From a virus (taxonomy: Duplodnaviria > Caudoviricetes), in IMG/VR virus record IMGVR_UViG_3300021958_000023, positions 96,001 through 160,000 of that record: DNA of 64,000 bases. One strand, 5' to 3'. This document shows positions 36,961 through 46,348 of this stretch, in pieces. Under the pieces are notes generated by a model, which ran no database searches, was not told where the DNA came from, and saw only the letters and a program-made list of their open reading frames with translations. A program made the translations under genes and the position numbers. Each line of letters begins with the position of its first letter. The first letter of the stretch is position 1.

Positions 36961-37407
36961 TTAATTATCTAGTTCATACTCAATGATAAGTTCTATCTCA
37001 CCAATTCCGTATGGTTTTACTAATCCCTCATCAGTATCTACACTGTTTATAGTTATATCTCTTATATCATATATACCAGTGTTCATATTATATATTACGT
37101 GTTCTATGTCTTGAATTAAACTATCTAATCCTTTAGATGAATCTTCCTCTGTGACATAAATTCTAAGAGTTAAAGTTATTATACCCGTGGTATTACCTAA
37201 AGTATTGTATACTCTAACCTCTTCTCCGACTTGAAAGTAGATCGAGGGGAAATCGTTTACTTCGTCTAAAAATTTTACTTTTCTAAATACATTACCATAA
37301 ATATTATTTTGGAATGTATAAGATGAGTTTAAAGATGATATTGATTCATTTATCAACTTTAAGTTATTGAGAATATGATTAATAATATTTCTTCTCTGAT
37401 TCGACAT
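36961..37407 (-). CDS. Tail terminator protein (T5 p142-like)
   Basis: FLDEVNDFPSI, TDEGLVKPYGIGE; probable start MSNQRRNII at 37407. Confidence 0.75.
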   Translation of the reverse strand: MSNQRRNIINHILNNLKLINESISSLNSSYTFQNNIYGNVFRKVKFLDEVNDFPSIYFQVGEEVRVYNTLGNTTGIITLTLRIYVTEEDSSKGLDSLIQDIEHVIYNMNTGIYDIRDITINSVDTDEGLVKPYGIGEIELIIEYELDN

Positions 37408-37411
37408 TATA

Positions 37412-37440
37412 AGTATAGCACCTGTAATTGGTTCTGGCAA
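37412..37440 (-). promoter_or_regulatory. Sigma70-type promoter for tail genes
   Basis: TTGCCA-N17-TATACT with extended -10 TG. Confidence 0.65.
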
Positions 37441-37451
37441 ACTAAATTTTT

Positions 37452-38750
37452 TTAAGTCCTAATAATTCTAAACTGTCTGCCGAACAATTCTTGAGCAGTT
37501 TGCCTAATCGTTGGTCTGATTAGTCTTTGTCCGACAGCATAAGGACGGGAATGAAATTTATCAAAATATTGAGATACGGGGGGATCAGCATAATAAGATA
37601 TTAAACTTTTCTTATAATCAACTATAAATTGTAAAGAATTAACAAACTTACCAGTTCTATATTTTAATCCCTCAGTAGGGTTAGGATCACCTATTCTAGG
37701 CATTTTGCCTTCAATTTTGTTTCTCAAAATAGTAGTTAGTTGAATTGAAGAAATAAATCTACCAGTGTCTTTTACTGATTCTCTTCTTTTTACGTTTCCT
37801 CTTTTAATTTTACCTGATACTCTTGGAATACTACCACCAGTAGGAACTCCAAACAATATTTCAAAATCAAGTGATGGAGCGTTTTTAAATGTCTGAGTAG
37901 AAGTTTTTCTTTTACCATCTATTTTTTCTATAACCTTTTGAAACTCTTCTAAACTAGATGCTGTAACAGCTGCTCCTGATTCTGTTAATTGGTTAATTAA
38001 GTTTTTTTCAAAAGTTGAAGATAAGTTATATTGAATATTATTCTTTTTTAATTCAGTAACAAAAGGAGGAGAAGTAAAAGCAGTTTTTGGAAAAAATATA
38101 TTTATTACATTAACAGAAGTGACTTTACCTTTTACAATATTTGCTTTTGAGATAAGCAAGTTTTTAGCCTTGTTATAAAACTGCATATGTAGTTCAGGAT
38201 CATTATCTCTAATTAAGTTAAAGAATCCTGGACCTCCTACTTTAGCTCTGGCTGCTTTTAATACTTCTTCAGGGTTATTTACATCAAAAGATTGTTTTCC
38301 TACTTTACCAAAATCTTTATCTTGTCTTAATAATCCTGTTTGCTCAGCTTCAGTTGCTTGCAATTTAATAGCATCTAAAAGACTATTATTAAAACCAGAA
38401 TATGCTGCCTGTCCGATAGTAGATCCATACTTACTACCTCTTTTTGCTTTTACTTCAGGTTGTAGTATGTCTTGTTCGTCAGTTCCAAGAATTCTAGATA
38501 AAACTCTAGCTATTCTTGGGCTTTCAATTTGTAGATCAGGAACACCGGCTACGTTTTTTGCTGCTTGTTCAGAAACTCTGCCTCCATAATATTTTGCTAG
38601 AGTTCCTTCAATTCTATCGCCCCATAACTTTTCTTGTCTAGCATTTTTAGTACCTGATAGTTGTCCCATAGCTTTAAACAAATTTGTATAATTATTTAAT
38701 AACTCTGGTTCTGTAACTGTAACTTGATAAGCTATAATAGGCTTTGCCAT
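37452..38750 (-). CDS. Tail completion protein (T5 p143-like C-terminus) with extended N-terminus
   Basis: C-terminal LKYRTGKFVNSL...PY...RLIRPTIRQTAQ; syntenic position. Confidence 0.6.
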   Translation of the reverse strand: MAKPIIAYQVTVTEPELLNNYTNLFKAMGQLSGTKNARQEKLWGDRIEGTLAKYYGGRVSEQAAKNVAGVPDLQIESPRIARVLSRILGTDEQDILQPEVKAKRGSKYGSTIGQAAYSGFNNSLLDAIKLQATEAEQTGLLRQDKDFGKVGKQSFDVNNPEEVLKAARAKVGGPGFFNLIRDNDPELHMQFYNKAKNLLISKANIVKGKVTSVNVINIFFPKTAFTSPPFVTELKKNNIQYNLSSTFEKNLINQLTESGAAVTASSLEEFQKVIEKIDGKRKTSTQTFKNAPSLDFEILFGVPTGGSIPRVSGKIKRGNVKRRESVKDTGRFISSIQLTTILRNKIEGKMPRIGDPNPTEGLKYRTGKFVNSLQFIVDYKKSLISYYADPPVSQYFDKFHSRPYAVGQRLIRPTIRQTAQELFGRQFRIIRT

Positions 38751-40078
38751 TACATTACAATCCTGTACATTTCAAGAACTCTACGAATATGAGGAGGGAA
38801 GTTAGCACTTAATGAGTGCTGCTTACCTGATTCTCCACTTAGAGAGAATCCTGCATTTTCCTGAGTTTGTTTATGTAAAATTTTGATATAATCTAAAGTA
38901 GCAACTTTAATATCTCTTGGAATAATAGCATAACCACCATCATAAGTAATCTTAATACCAGATGGATAATCTTTAAACATAATATTAGGAATCACAGAAA
39001 TATCAGGAGTACCTCTAACACCTCCTATATATCTTTTTACACCTCCAGTGCCTCCATCCCAAATATATTGAGGATCAGCACGAGAGTCATCTTTTATAGT
39101 AGAACTGTTATTAGTACCGTCTAAGTGTAGTAAAACTACAGTATTATCATCAGTTGGGTGTTGATAAGTAGGAGGAGTAAAAGTATTAGTATACTTAGCA
39201 TCAATAGTTACTCTAATTTCATCAGCATAGCCTTTGAAATAGTTTTCCTCACCGCTAATATCACGTTTTCCTACAAATAGTGATGTTCCAGAAGAGAATG
39301 AAGGAACAGAGTTAGTTGTAGTCTGTGTGTCTACTAAAGCACCTTCTACAAATAATTTTAAACTATTATCTTCTCTAGTAACCGCATAATGTAAAAACGT
39401 ATTTGCTCTAGAAGGATAATAAGAATTAACATTACCAACACCAGTTGTGTGATAAACATTCATAACCTCAGTGTTTGCACTTCTTGCTGTAAATTTAGCA
39501 CCAAAATATGGATCAAATATTAATTCCATATAATTAGTATTACTAGAGGCTCTACTAATTAAAGTTTTGGTATTATTAAATAGTTCAGATCTAAAAAATC
39601 CTTCGATAGTAAAGTCGTCTGTTTGAAAATCAAACTTTTGATTATTAGAATCAGGATCGTTTACATAAATTGCTCCACTAGTACCATTAAACTGTAAAGA
39701 ACTTTTTCCAAACTTCTTTCTTCTAGTGTTTAGAGACGCCCCAGCAACAGTTGTAACTGTAGAAGAGTCAAAATTATCAGATACAAACGAACCGTCACTA
39801 CTTGGACCAAATAGTGTCATATGATTTTGTCCGTCAAATTCTGTTACTGATTTTACGCTATTGATAGGTAGTCTAGACACAAAAACCTGAGAAACTCCTC
39901 CATCAAAAGTTTCTGTATAAACATTACTTTTTATTTCTCTGCCGATATAACTTTCTACAACAGAACAAGCATAATGAATTAGATTACTTAATCTAGTATC
40001 ATAAGTAGGACTATTAATTTGAAGATACTCTTTTACCTCTCCTAAAGTTACAAAAGGCACAGTTACTGATTGTGTCAT
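38750..40078 (-). CDS. Head completion/head-tail connector protein with inserted LamG (ConA-like) domain
   Basis: FVTLGEVKEYL...VESYIGR N-terminus and ITYDGGY..IP.DIK.A...FPPHIRRVLEMYR C-terminus; KFGKSSLQFNG...DFTIEGFF...FKGYADEIRVT insert. Confidence 0.75.
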   Translation of the reverse strand: MTQSVTVPFVTLGEVKEYLQINSPTYDTRLSNLIHYACSVVESYIGREIKSNVYTETFDGGVSQVFVSRLPINSVKSVTEFDGQNHMTLFGPSSDGSFVSDNFDSSTVTTVAGASLNTRRKKFGKSSLQFNGTSGAIYVNDPDSNNQKFDFQTDDFTIEGFFRSELFNNTKTLISRASSNTNYMELIFDPYFGAKFTARSANTEVMNVYHTTGVGNVNSYYPSRANTFLHYAVTREDNSLKLFVEGALVDTQTTTNSVPSFSSGTSLFVGKRDISGEENYFKGYADEIRVTIDAKYTNTFTPPTYQHPTDDNTVVLLHLDGTNNSSTIKDDSRADPQYIWDGGTGGVKRYIGGVRGTPDISVIPNIMFKDYPSGIKITYDGGYAIIPRDIKVATLDYIKILHKQTQENAGFSLSGESGKQHSLSANFPPHIRRVLEMYRIVM

Positions 40079-40089
40079 AATTATACTCC

Positions 40090-40308
40090 TTAATCATCAA
40101 GAGTAGTAGTTTTTGATGTCTCAGTTACAACTTTTTTAGTAGTTGCGCTTACTGTTCTATTAGTTACAGTAGCAGCGGGCTTTGGAGCTTTGTGTTTTGC
40201 TCTCCACTTAGCTTTCATATCTTCTTTATCAATTCCTGTGTAGGTTAGCATTTGCTCAAGAAATTCTTGATAATCACTAATTGATAATAATCTTTGAATT
40301 GGATCCAT
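40090..40308 (-). CDS. Hypothetical protein
   Basis: GGAGG RBS; lies between capsid and connector genes. Confidence 0.55.
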   Translation of the reverse strand: MDPIQRLLSISDYQEFLEQMLTYTGIDKEDMKAKWRAKHKAPKPAATVTNRTVSATTKKVVTETSKTTTLDD

Positions 40309-40322
40309 TTTTTCCTCCTAGT

Positions 40323-40355
40323 AAAAAGGGGTAGGCGTTGTTTTACACCTACCCC
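40323..40355 (-). terminator. Intrinsic terminator after major capsid gene
   Basis: GGGGTAGGTGT-AAAACA-ACGCCTACCCC-TTTTT. Confidence 0.8.
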
Positions 40356-40396
40356 GTTGTATTAACGCCTAGTTAATGATTTAATAGTCGAAACTA

Positions 40397-41812
40397 TTAG
40401 GAACCAGAACGTACAACCGCTGCATAAGGATACTTAGAAGCATCTAGAGCCGCACTTGAGTTCGTGGTTAGCGCTTTAAAGTCAAAGCGTGTGCTCATGT
40501 ACATCGCAGTGACCTGCTGGCGTGGTTCGTACTCGCTCTCGATTTCCATGCCGCGTCTTTCAGCAATCATGAATCCAGGCTTGTAGACAAGTGCGCCGAT
40601 ATCATAATCAGCACCGCCAACGTTATCTAGGAATTCAGTAATTACAACTGGAATTCCGTAGATGGCGCCAAGTGAACCTGTTAAGTAGGTCGCATTTGGT
40701 CCGAACTTATCAACTGTACGGAAGTCAGACTCAGCTACTAGTGAGTTATAACCTTCAACAGTTGTTAAGTATACTAGCTGATCACCAAGCTGTAGACCGT
40801 ACTTACCAAGTAGGGCACGAGCAGAGGCAATGTTAGCTGGAGAGGCTTTAGTAGAGTTACCACCAGTTTGAACGTTAAGTGCAGAAGCGCCAACAGCGTT
40901 AGCTAGCTCAACAACACCTGTGATAACAGAAGCGAATCCAGCACCACCAGAAATAGCAGCAACAGAGTTAGCTGTAAATCCAGTTAGAGCGCCAGTACCA
41001 CGTAGGATCGACTTATCGATAGAACGTGCTAGACGACGAGTTGCACCAGCGCGGAGGAAGTCGATAACAGGAAGAATTGTATCTTCTTCTTCATCTTTAG
41101 CAATATGAGTTGTAGCCATAAACTTGTGTGGTGTAAACTCAACAGCTTTGATCTGGTTATTACGTCCAGAAGTTGGTACGTTAGTTGTGTCTCCAATACC
41201 AGACGCATATGTACCGTTAGCAAACTGTGCAACGTCGTCAGTGGTATCTTCATCAGCAACTGGTACTCTGAAGGTTTTTGCATCAACAGCAATACGCTCA
41301 AACATTGGAGCAATTACTAACTGCTGCTGCATCTCTTCATAAATATTTGAAGAGAAGTTAGAAAGGAACTGGTCAACAGTTGTGACATCAGCTTTCATAC
41401 GAGCACCAAACTTGGTGTCCATTGGATTAGACTTACCAAGAGCGTGTGCAAGCATAACAGCTTTTGCCTGATCAGCTGAACTCCAACGATCAGAGTTACG
41501 CTGAGACTCCTGCCATACCATCTTGCTGTTCTGAAGAGCAGCAATTTCTTCTCTATATTTTTCCATCTGAGCTTTTAACTCAGCAACAGCTTCGGTCTCA
41601 CGAGGAGTGTAAGCGGTTGAGTGTGTTTCATGCACGATAGTTTGTTTATCTTGTGCATCTGTTTCAGCTAAAATAGCCTGACCAGTTTTTTCGATTAACT
41701 CAGCCACTCTAGGCTCAGAGACTTCTACTGGGGCGGCTTTAGCTTCTGCTTGTTTATTTTCGGTTGCGCCTGTGTCAATAGTTAGCACATCACCTGCAGT
41801 TTGAGTAGCCAT
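40397..41812 (-). CDS. Major capsid protein (T5 pb8-like) from internal in-frame start, 471 aa
   Basis: AAAAGGAG-N9-ATG GCT ACT CAA inside the fusion ORF; coiled-coil delta domain then DEEEDTILP, LARSIDKSILRG, YLTGSLGAIYGIPVV. Confidence 0.7.
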   Translation of the reverse strand: MATQTAGDVLTIDTGATENKQAEAKAAPVEVSEPRVAELIEKTGQAILAETDAQDKQTIVHETHSTAYTPRETEAVAELKAQMEKYREEIAALQNSKMVWQESQRNSDRWSSADQAKAVMLAHALGKSNPMDTKFGARMKADVTTVDQFLSNFSSNIYEEMQQQLVIAPMFERIAVDAKTFRVPVADEDTTDDVAQFANGTYASGIGDTTNVPTSGRNNQIKAVEFTPHKFMATTHIAKDEEEDTILPVIDFLRAGATRRLARSIDKSILRGTGALTGFTANSVAAISGGAGFASVITGVVELANAVGASALNVQTGGNSTKASPANIASARALLGKYGLQLGDQLVYLTTVEGYNSLVAESDFRTVDKFGPNATYLTGSLGAIYGIPVVITEFLDNVGGADYDIGALVYKPGFMIAERRGMEIESEYEPRQQVTAMYMSTRFDFKALTTNSSAALDASKYPYAAVVRSGS

Positions 41813-43135
41813 GTCGTTATTCTCCTTTTCTACGGTATTAATTTCATGCCCATGTAGTTTTAAGGCTAGATCTCTATGATCATTTTCTTTCATTTGAGAA
41901 AGTTCGTTTACCATCACATTTAAGTAATTTGCGAAGACATAATCTGAATCAGACCAATCGTCTCCGTTTGATTTTAGGTTAAGTAGTTTGTTTAGTTTTT
42001 CTTGGAAATCAAAGCTACTTACAACTCTCTCGTCACTTTTCAAGTTAAATAAAGATTGTTCAGTACCTGTATTGGTTTCCATGTAGTGTGTTTTAATTTC
42101 TTGTCTGACTGAATCAGTTAAAGTACTAATAGCTGTATTGACCATATGAATATCGTATTTAGTACCGATATCCCATGAATTCACTACAGCAATATCTTCA
42201 GCCTTAACTGTAACTATATTATCTACTGTTTTTCCATTAACGTCAACTTCTAAAAATTTAAAGTTTGGTGATTCGGCAGTAGCAATTTTAGTAATTTTAA
42301 ATCTTTTTCCTTCGTACTTTACAAAGGTTTCAGTGTCTAAACTAGAAGTCTCAGCAGATAAGAGATTTACGAAAGGAATTGGCGCCATTGGGTCAATCTC
42401 TTCAAAATCTTCTTCCTCTTCTTCGCCCTGTGACATTTCAAGAACAGGTTCTGCAGATTTTTCTTCAGTGACACTTTCTTCAGAAGTTTCTTCAGTTGCT
42501 TTTTCTTCCACTTCAATTGTCTCTGTAATTTCTTCTACAGCCTCAACATCGGTTTCAGAAATGGCTTCATCAGATTTCTCTTCTAAAACGGTATCTTCTG
42601 TTTCCATTTCTTCCTCGCTTTCTTTGAAATTTTTGACGAAGTTATCATATTCATCGTCTGCTTCAAAACTTTTTCTAATGCTGAATAGTGAATTTTGATT
42701 AGCGGGTACACTGACTACACTAATTTCTAATAATTCAACATCGGTAATAGTCATAGAATCTGAGTGAGGGTCATATTTACCATCTTTAACTCTGAATCCT
42801 ACTGAAAAACTCTTTAAAGCTCCATCTTTAATTAAAGTTTGAACTCCATGTAATTTCTCAGCTGCATCACTAACATTACCTTCTACATAGATGCCTTTTT
42901 TATCAACAGTAACTTTTTCTACCTTTCCAATAGGCTGATCATGTTTATGTTGGTATAATAAAACAGGGTTTTTTCTGTAGTTGTCTACTCCTTTAGCCCA
43001 CGCTTGTGCAGTAACAACATCTCCGACCCTGTCTTTATCAGTAGTATTTGCGTATCCAGCAATTTTTAATCCTCTAGAAGTTTTTGTTAACTTCTTGGCT
43101 TCAAAACTACTATTTAAATAAAAAGTTTTTTCCAT
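40397..43135 (-). CDS. HK97-type prohead protease fused in frame to major capsid protein
   Basis: IAGYANT..KDRVGD, NPVLLYQH...PIG, FSVGF, ELLEISVVSVPANQ; acidic linker; HK97-fold capsid C-terminal half. Confidence 0.85.
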   Translation of the reverse strand: MEKTFYLNSSFEAKKLTKTSRGLKIAGYANTTDKDRVGDVVTAQAWAKGVDNYRKNPVLLYQHKHDQPIGKVEKVTVDKKGIYVEGNVSDAAEKLHGVQTLIKDGALKSFSVGFRVKDGKYDPHSDSMTITDVELLEISVVSVPANQNSLFSIRKSFEADDEYDNFVKNFKESEEEMETEDTVLEEKSDEAISETDVEAVEEITETIEVEEKATEETSEESVTEEKSAEPVLEMSQGEEEEEDFEEIDPMAPIPFVNLLSAETSSLDTETFVKYEGKRFKITKIATAESPNFKFLEVDVNGKTVDNIVTVKAEDIAVVNSWDIGTKYDIHMVNTAISTLTDSVRQEIKTHYMETNTGTEQSLFNLKSDERVVSSFDFQEKLNKLLNLKSNGDDWSDSDYVFANYLNVMVNELSQMKENDHRDLALKLHGHEINTVEKENNDMATQTAGDVLTIDTGATENKQAEAKAAPVEVSEPRVAELIEKTGQAILAETDAQDKQTIVHETHSTAYTPRETEAVAELKAQMEKYREEIAALQNSKMVWQESQRNSDRWSSADQAKAVMLAHALGKSNPMDTKFGARMKADVTTVDQFLSNFSSNIYEEMQQQLVIAPMFERIAVDAKTFRVPVADEDTTDDVAQFANGTYASGIGDTTNVPTSGRNNQIKAVEFTPHKFMATTHIAKDEEEDTILPVIDFLRAGATRRLARSIDKSILRGTGALTGFTANSVAAISGGAGFASVITGVVELANAVGASALNVQTGGNSTKASPANIASARALLGKYGLQLGDQLVYLTTVEGYNSLVAESDFRTVDKFGPNATYLTGSLGAIYGIPVVITEFLDNVGGADYDIGALVYKPGFMIAERRGMEIESEYEPRQQVTAMYMSTRFDFKALTTNSSAALDASKYPYAAVVRSGS

Positions 43136-43146
43136 TTTCTTTTCCT

Positions 43147-44394
43147 TTATTCGTTAGCGCTAGAATCTAATGATTCAGGCCTACCTCCTAAAGAAGGGTC
43201 AACAGCGCTTCCAGTTATATTTTGAGGAATTCTTATTGAATCGTTTTCCTCGCCATCTAATCTCTCTAATCCTAAACCAGATCTTGCTTCATTTACTGTT
43301 ATAATACCAGTGTTAACAAGGGTTGAATAGTATACGGCTTGTGTCTTATTATCAGGTTGTAGCGCAGAAATAGCTGTTTTATCAGGCCTAATAACTACTC
43401 CACCATTAAAATAGTGGGAAAAAGCACTACAAAATAATGATAAAAGCGGTAATACTGTGTGATTATAAAATAACATTTCGTTTGCTGCAATATTAGCATT
43501 GTTACCGCTTTTTAGGAGAACATAAGGTACTCCTAAAGATTTTGCTATGTCTTGCTGAATTCTTTCGATAGAGTTTTCAAAATCTAATTCAGTAAAACTA
43601 ATATTAGAAAACTTGTCTATTTTTAACCCGCCATCTAAAATTGCAGGACTTCTAGCTCCTTTAAATAAGGAAGAGTAGTTACTTCTCCAAGCTTCTAATA
43701 ATCTTTCTTTTACTTTTGGACTTAAAACATTGTCTGTTTGAAGAACAAGTCCTGGAACCGCGTTATTCTTAAAAAAGACTCTTTGAAACTCTGTCATTTG
43801 ATAGTATAATTCAAATAATCTTTCTAAGTTTCTTAATTTACTGGTTCCTCTAAAGATACTTTCCTCATTGTCTGATTTAATATGAATAACTTCATCAGGA
43901 GTAAAAGTAATTCTTTCTGCTTTTGATGTTTGTCTTGAAAATCCAAAATAATCTGTATTAGTATTGTGAATTAAGTAATTGTAGTGACTAACAAAAGTTT
44001 TTGAATCAGCAACAACTTCAACATCGTTTGCAGGTAGTAAATATAATCCACCGTTCTCTTTATCATAGTAGAAAAATGCATTACCGTCAAGATAAAAATC
44101 TAAAAATGCCCTTCTGAATAAACGAGCTCTATCCTCAAAGGGATTAGGCTTAGCATTCATTATTTTGTGAATTTTTTTAGCTGCACCGCCGTCTACTATT
44201 AAAGGCACGCTTGTAGCCGCGTTTATTATGACTTCAATAGATCTATTAACAATCTCTATCTGTCTATAGGCTGATTCAAAATCAACTATTGACTCTGGTA
44301 AATTGTAAGGATCTCTTGAAGCAATAAACGGTTGAGCAGGGTTAAGCTTTTCTCTTGTAGTAAGCCTGTCAGCAAGCCAATCTCTAATTCCCAT
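43147..44394 (-). CDS. Portal protein (HK97 family, T5 pb7-like)
   Basis: EKLNPAQ, KPNPF, DGNAF, FFKNNAVPG, IAKSLGVP, GIITVNEAR, IPQNITGSA. Confidence 0.9.
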   Translation of the reverse strand: MGIRDWLADRLTTREKLNPAQPFIASRDPYNLPESIVDFESAYRQIEIVNRSIEVIINAATSVPLIVDGGAAKKIHKIMNAKPNPFEDRARLFRRAFLDFYLDGNAFFYYDKENGGLYLLPANDVEVVADSKTFVSHYNYLIHNTNTDYFGFSRQTSKAERITFTPDEVIHIKSDNEESIFRGTSKLRNLERLFELYYQMTEFQRVFFKNNAVPGLVLQTDNVLSPKVKERLLEAWRSNYSSLFKGARSPAILDGGLKIDKFSNISFTELDFENSIERIQQDIAKSLGVPYVLLKSGNNANIAANEMLFYNHTVLPLLSLFCSAFSHYFNGGVVIRPDKTAISALQPDNKTQAVYYSTLVNTGIITVNEARSGLGLERLDGEENDSIRIPQNITGSAVDPSLGGRPESLDSSANE

Positions 44395-44758
44395 TATGTT
44401 TCTCTTTTTGTATATTTATCCAGTTAATAATTTTCTTATCAAAAGAAATAGGATAAACTTGTCCATATAAATTATGTAAAAGACTGTGGTGAAAATTACA
44501 TAAAGTGTATAAATTAGTATTATTTAAGTACTCTTTATAATCTTCTTTAAATTTTATTCTTATACTCTTAATGTACTCTACATCATCTATTCTGTCAATT
44601 TTATTTTCTTTACACCAGTGATGAAAGAGCTCAGAAATAGAATATATGTGATGTAATTCTAGTTTCTCTTTTGATCCACATATATAACAAGACTCATCAT
44701 ATTTATATTCTTTTTTGATATAATCTCGTATATATTTTATAGGGATTCTTTTAAGCAT
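44384..44758 (-). CDS. HNH endonuclease (T5-like nicking/packaging-associated)
   Basis: CYICGS...LELHH...TLCNFHHSLLH; between terminase and portal. Confidence 0.8.
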   Translation of the reverse strand: MLKRIPIKYIRDYIKKEYKYDESCYICGSKEKLELHHIYSISELFHHWCKENKIDRIDDVEYIKSIRIKFKEDYKEYLNNTNLYTLCNFHHSLLHNLYGQVYPISFDKKIINWINIQKEKHNGN

Positions 44759-46019
44759 ATATACTAACTTGTCCTCTCATATTAGAATATATTGCATATC
44801 TTATAGCATCACAACAATGAGAAGTCCAGTCGTGTAAAGGTTTTTGTTTTTCCGTTCTCTCATTCCATCTATAAGCAGCCATTGAATCAAAACTATGTCT
44901 AGCATTATCAATATCAAAAGTTAACTTATCATTATCAACTAAGTTTTGAACGGATAATATACCGTCATTTACACTTTTTTGAGCATTCTCACAATAAATA
45001 TCATAGTCATATGCTAAATCAGCTTTAGTTTGTTGTGCTGCAGAATCAATATAAATTGTATCAATATCCCATTTATCTGCAATTTCTTTTATGTGTTCTG
45101 CGTGTACTGAAGTAGTTCCTTCTTTTGCTACATATTCATCTACAACAAAGTATTCATCATCTTTATTTTTAGCTAATACAACAAAAGCTGTTTCGTCTCT
45201 ATAACCAATATCAAGACCTGCTATAAACTCATATCTATAATCACCCGGATTTATTTCTTCAATCTGTCTTAAATGCTTATTTTCGTCAATATTATAAATT
45301 TTACCTTCTAGAGTTACCCAATCACATTCATACTCTTGACCAAATAAGTTTCGGCTCATACTTTTACGAGCTTCTTCGATATCTTTTTGATTTAGTAAAG
45401 GGTTTGATTTCCAAGTAAATCTAGCACTTCCCCACTCTTCAAATTCTGGATCTTGCCCTCTTATATAGTACTCATATAAATAATTACCTTTTCCTCGTGG
45501 TGTTGATATCCACAAACAACGAGAATCAGGAAAGGTAGATAGCGCAGGTCTTAAATCTCTAGTAAAATACTCATCATTAGGAATAATTGCCGCTTCGTCG
45601 ACTATTAACAAATTAGCCGCTCTACCAATTAAGCTATCTCTATTATTAGCAGATAGAAGTCTAAAAGTACTTCCATTAATTAATCTAATGACTTTATCTT
45701 TTTGATTAAATCTGTCAGTTTCTAATGCTAAATCTCTAATTATTTGAGTAGTATAATCCCAAATAATTGAAGACAAAGAAAAGTTCGGTGCAACAACCAT
45801 TACCTGTGTTCCAGGTTCTAAAAGCTTAGCAAAGGCTAAAATGGCAGCGGCATAGGATTTTCCTGTACGACGTGCTGATATATGTACCCAAAATCGGTTA
45901 TTCTCTAAACCTTCAACCATTCCCCACTGGCTTTCATTCAGCTTTAAATCAAGCTGGTTTACCATAGGGATTCTATGTAGAAGTTTTTCTAAATTGATTT
46001 TAAAAAATTTATCACTCAT
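44751..46019 (-). CDS. Terminase large subunit
   Basis: ARRTGKS Walker A, IVDEAA Walker B, ISTPRG, GLDIGYRD, HCCDAIRY. Confidence 0.93.
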   Translation of the reverse strand: MSDKFFKINLEKLLHRIPMVNQLDLKLNESQWGMVEGLENNRFWVHISARRTGKSYAAAILAFAKLLEPGTQVMVVAPNFSLSSIIWDYTTQIIRDLALETDRFNQKDKVIRLINGSTFRLLSANNRDSLIGRAANLLIVDEAAIIPNDEYFTRDLRPALSTFPDSRCLWISTPRGKGNYLYEYYIRGQDPEFEEWGSARFTWKSNPLLNQKDIEEARKSMSRNLFGQEYECDWVTLEGKIYNIDENKHLRQIEEINPGDYRYEFIAGLDIGYRDETAFVVLAKNKDDEYFVVDEYVAKEGTTSVHAEHIKEIADKWDIDTIYIDSAAQQTKADLAYDYDIYCENAQKSVNDGILSVQNLVDNDKLTFDIDNARHSFDSMAAYRWNERTEKQKPLHDWTSHCCDAIRYAIYSNMRGQVSIYA

Positions 46020-46318
46020 TATCTATACATATTTAAAATAGTATAAATAAATCCAGCAAGACCTCCGATAAACATGCCGATAAAGATTAAAGTTTTTAAA
46101 CTAGTTTTACCTTGAGTAGCTAATACTTTTAAATCTTGTACTTCTTCAAAAGTATACTGAATTTGCTCTTGAAGTCTTTCAAAATTTTCCATGATTTTAT
46201 CATATCTTTCAGCACAAATTGCTTCATGCTTGGACAGTTCGAGTTTTGTATTTTGGCTACGTTCGTGCAATGTCTCTACATCGTTTTGAAGCTGATCTAA
46301 TTCTCTTTGTGTATCCAT
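46019..46318 (-). CDS. Coiled-coil protein with C-terminal TM helix
   Basis: LSKHEAICAERY motif; LIFIGMFIGGLAGFIYTIL. Confidence 0.55.
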   Translation of the reverse strand: MDTQRELDQLQNDVETLHERSQNTKLELSKHEAICAERYDKIMENFERLQEQIQYTFEEVQDLKVLATQGKTSLKTLIFIGMFIGGLAGFIYTILNMYR

Positions 46319-46348
46319 AAGAATTCTCCAACCCCCTCGCTAATTTAT

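Noticed and set aside
46019-46318. Terminase small subunit
   Set aside because: Has a C-terminal TM helix and no HTH-like region; position alone is insufficient.
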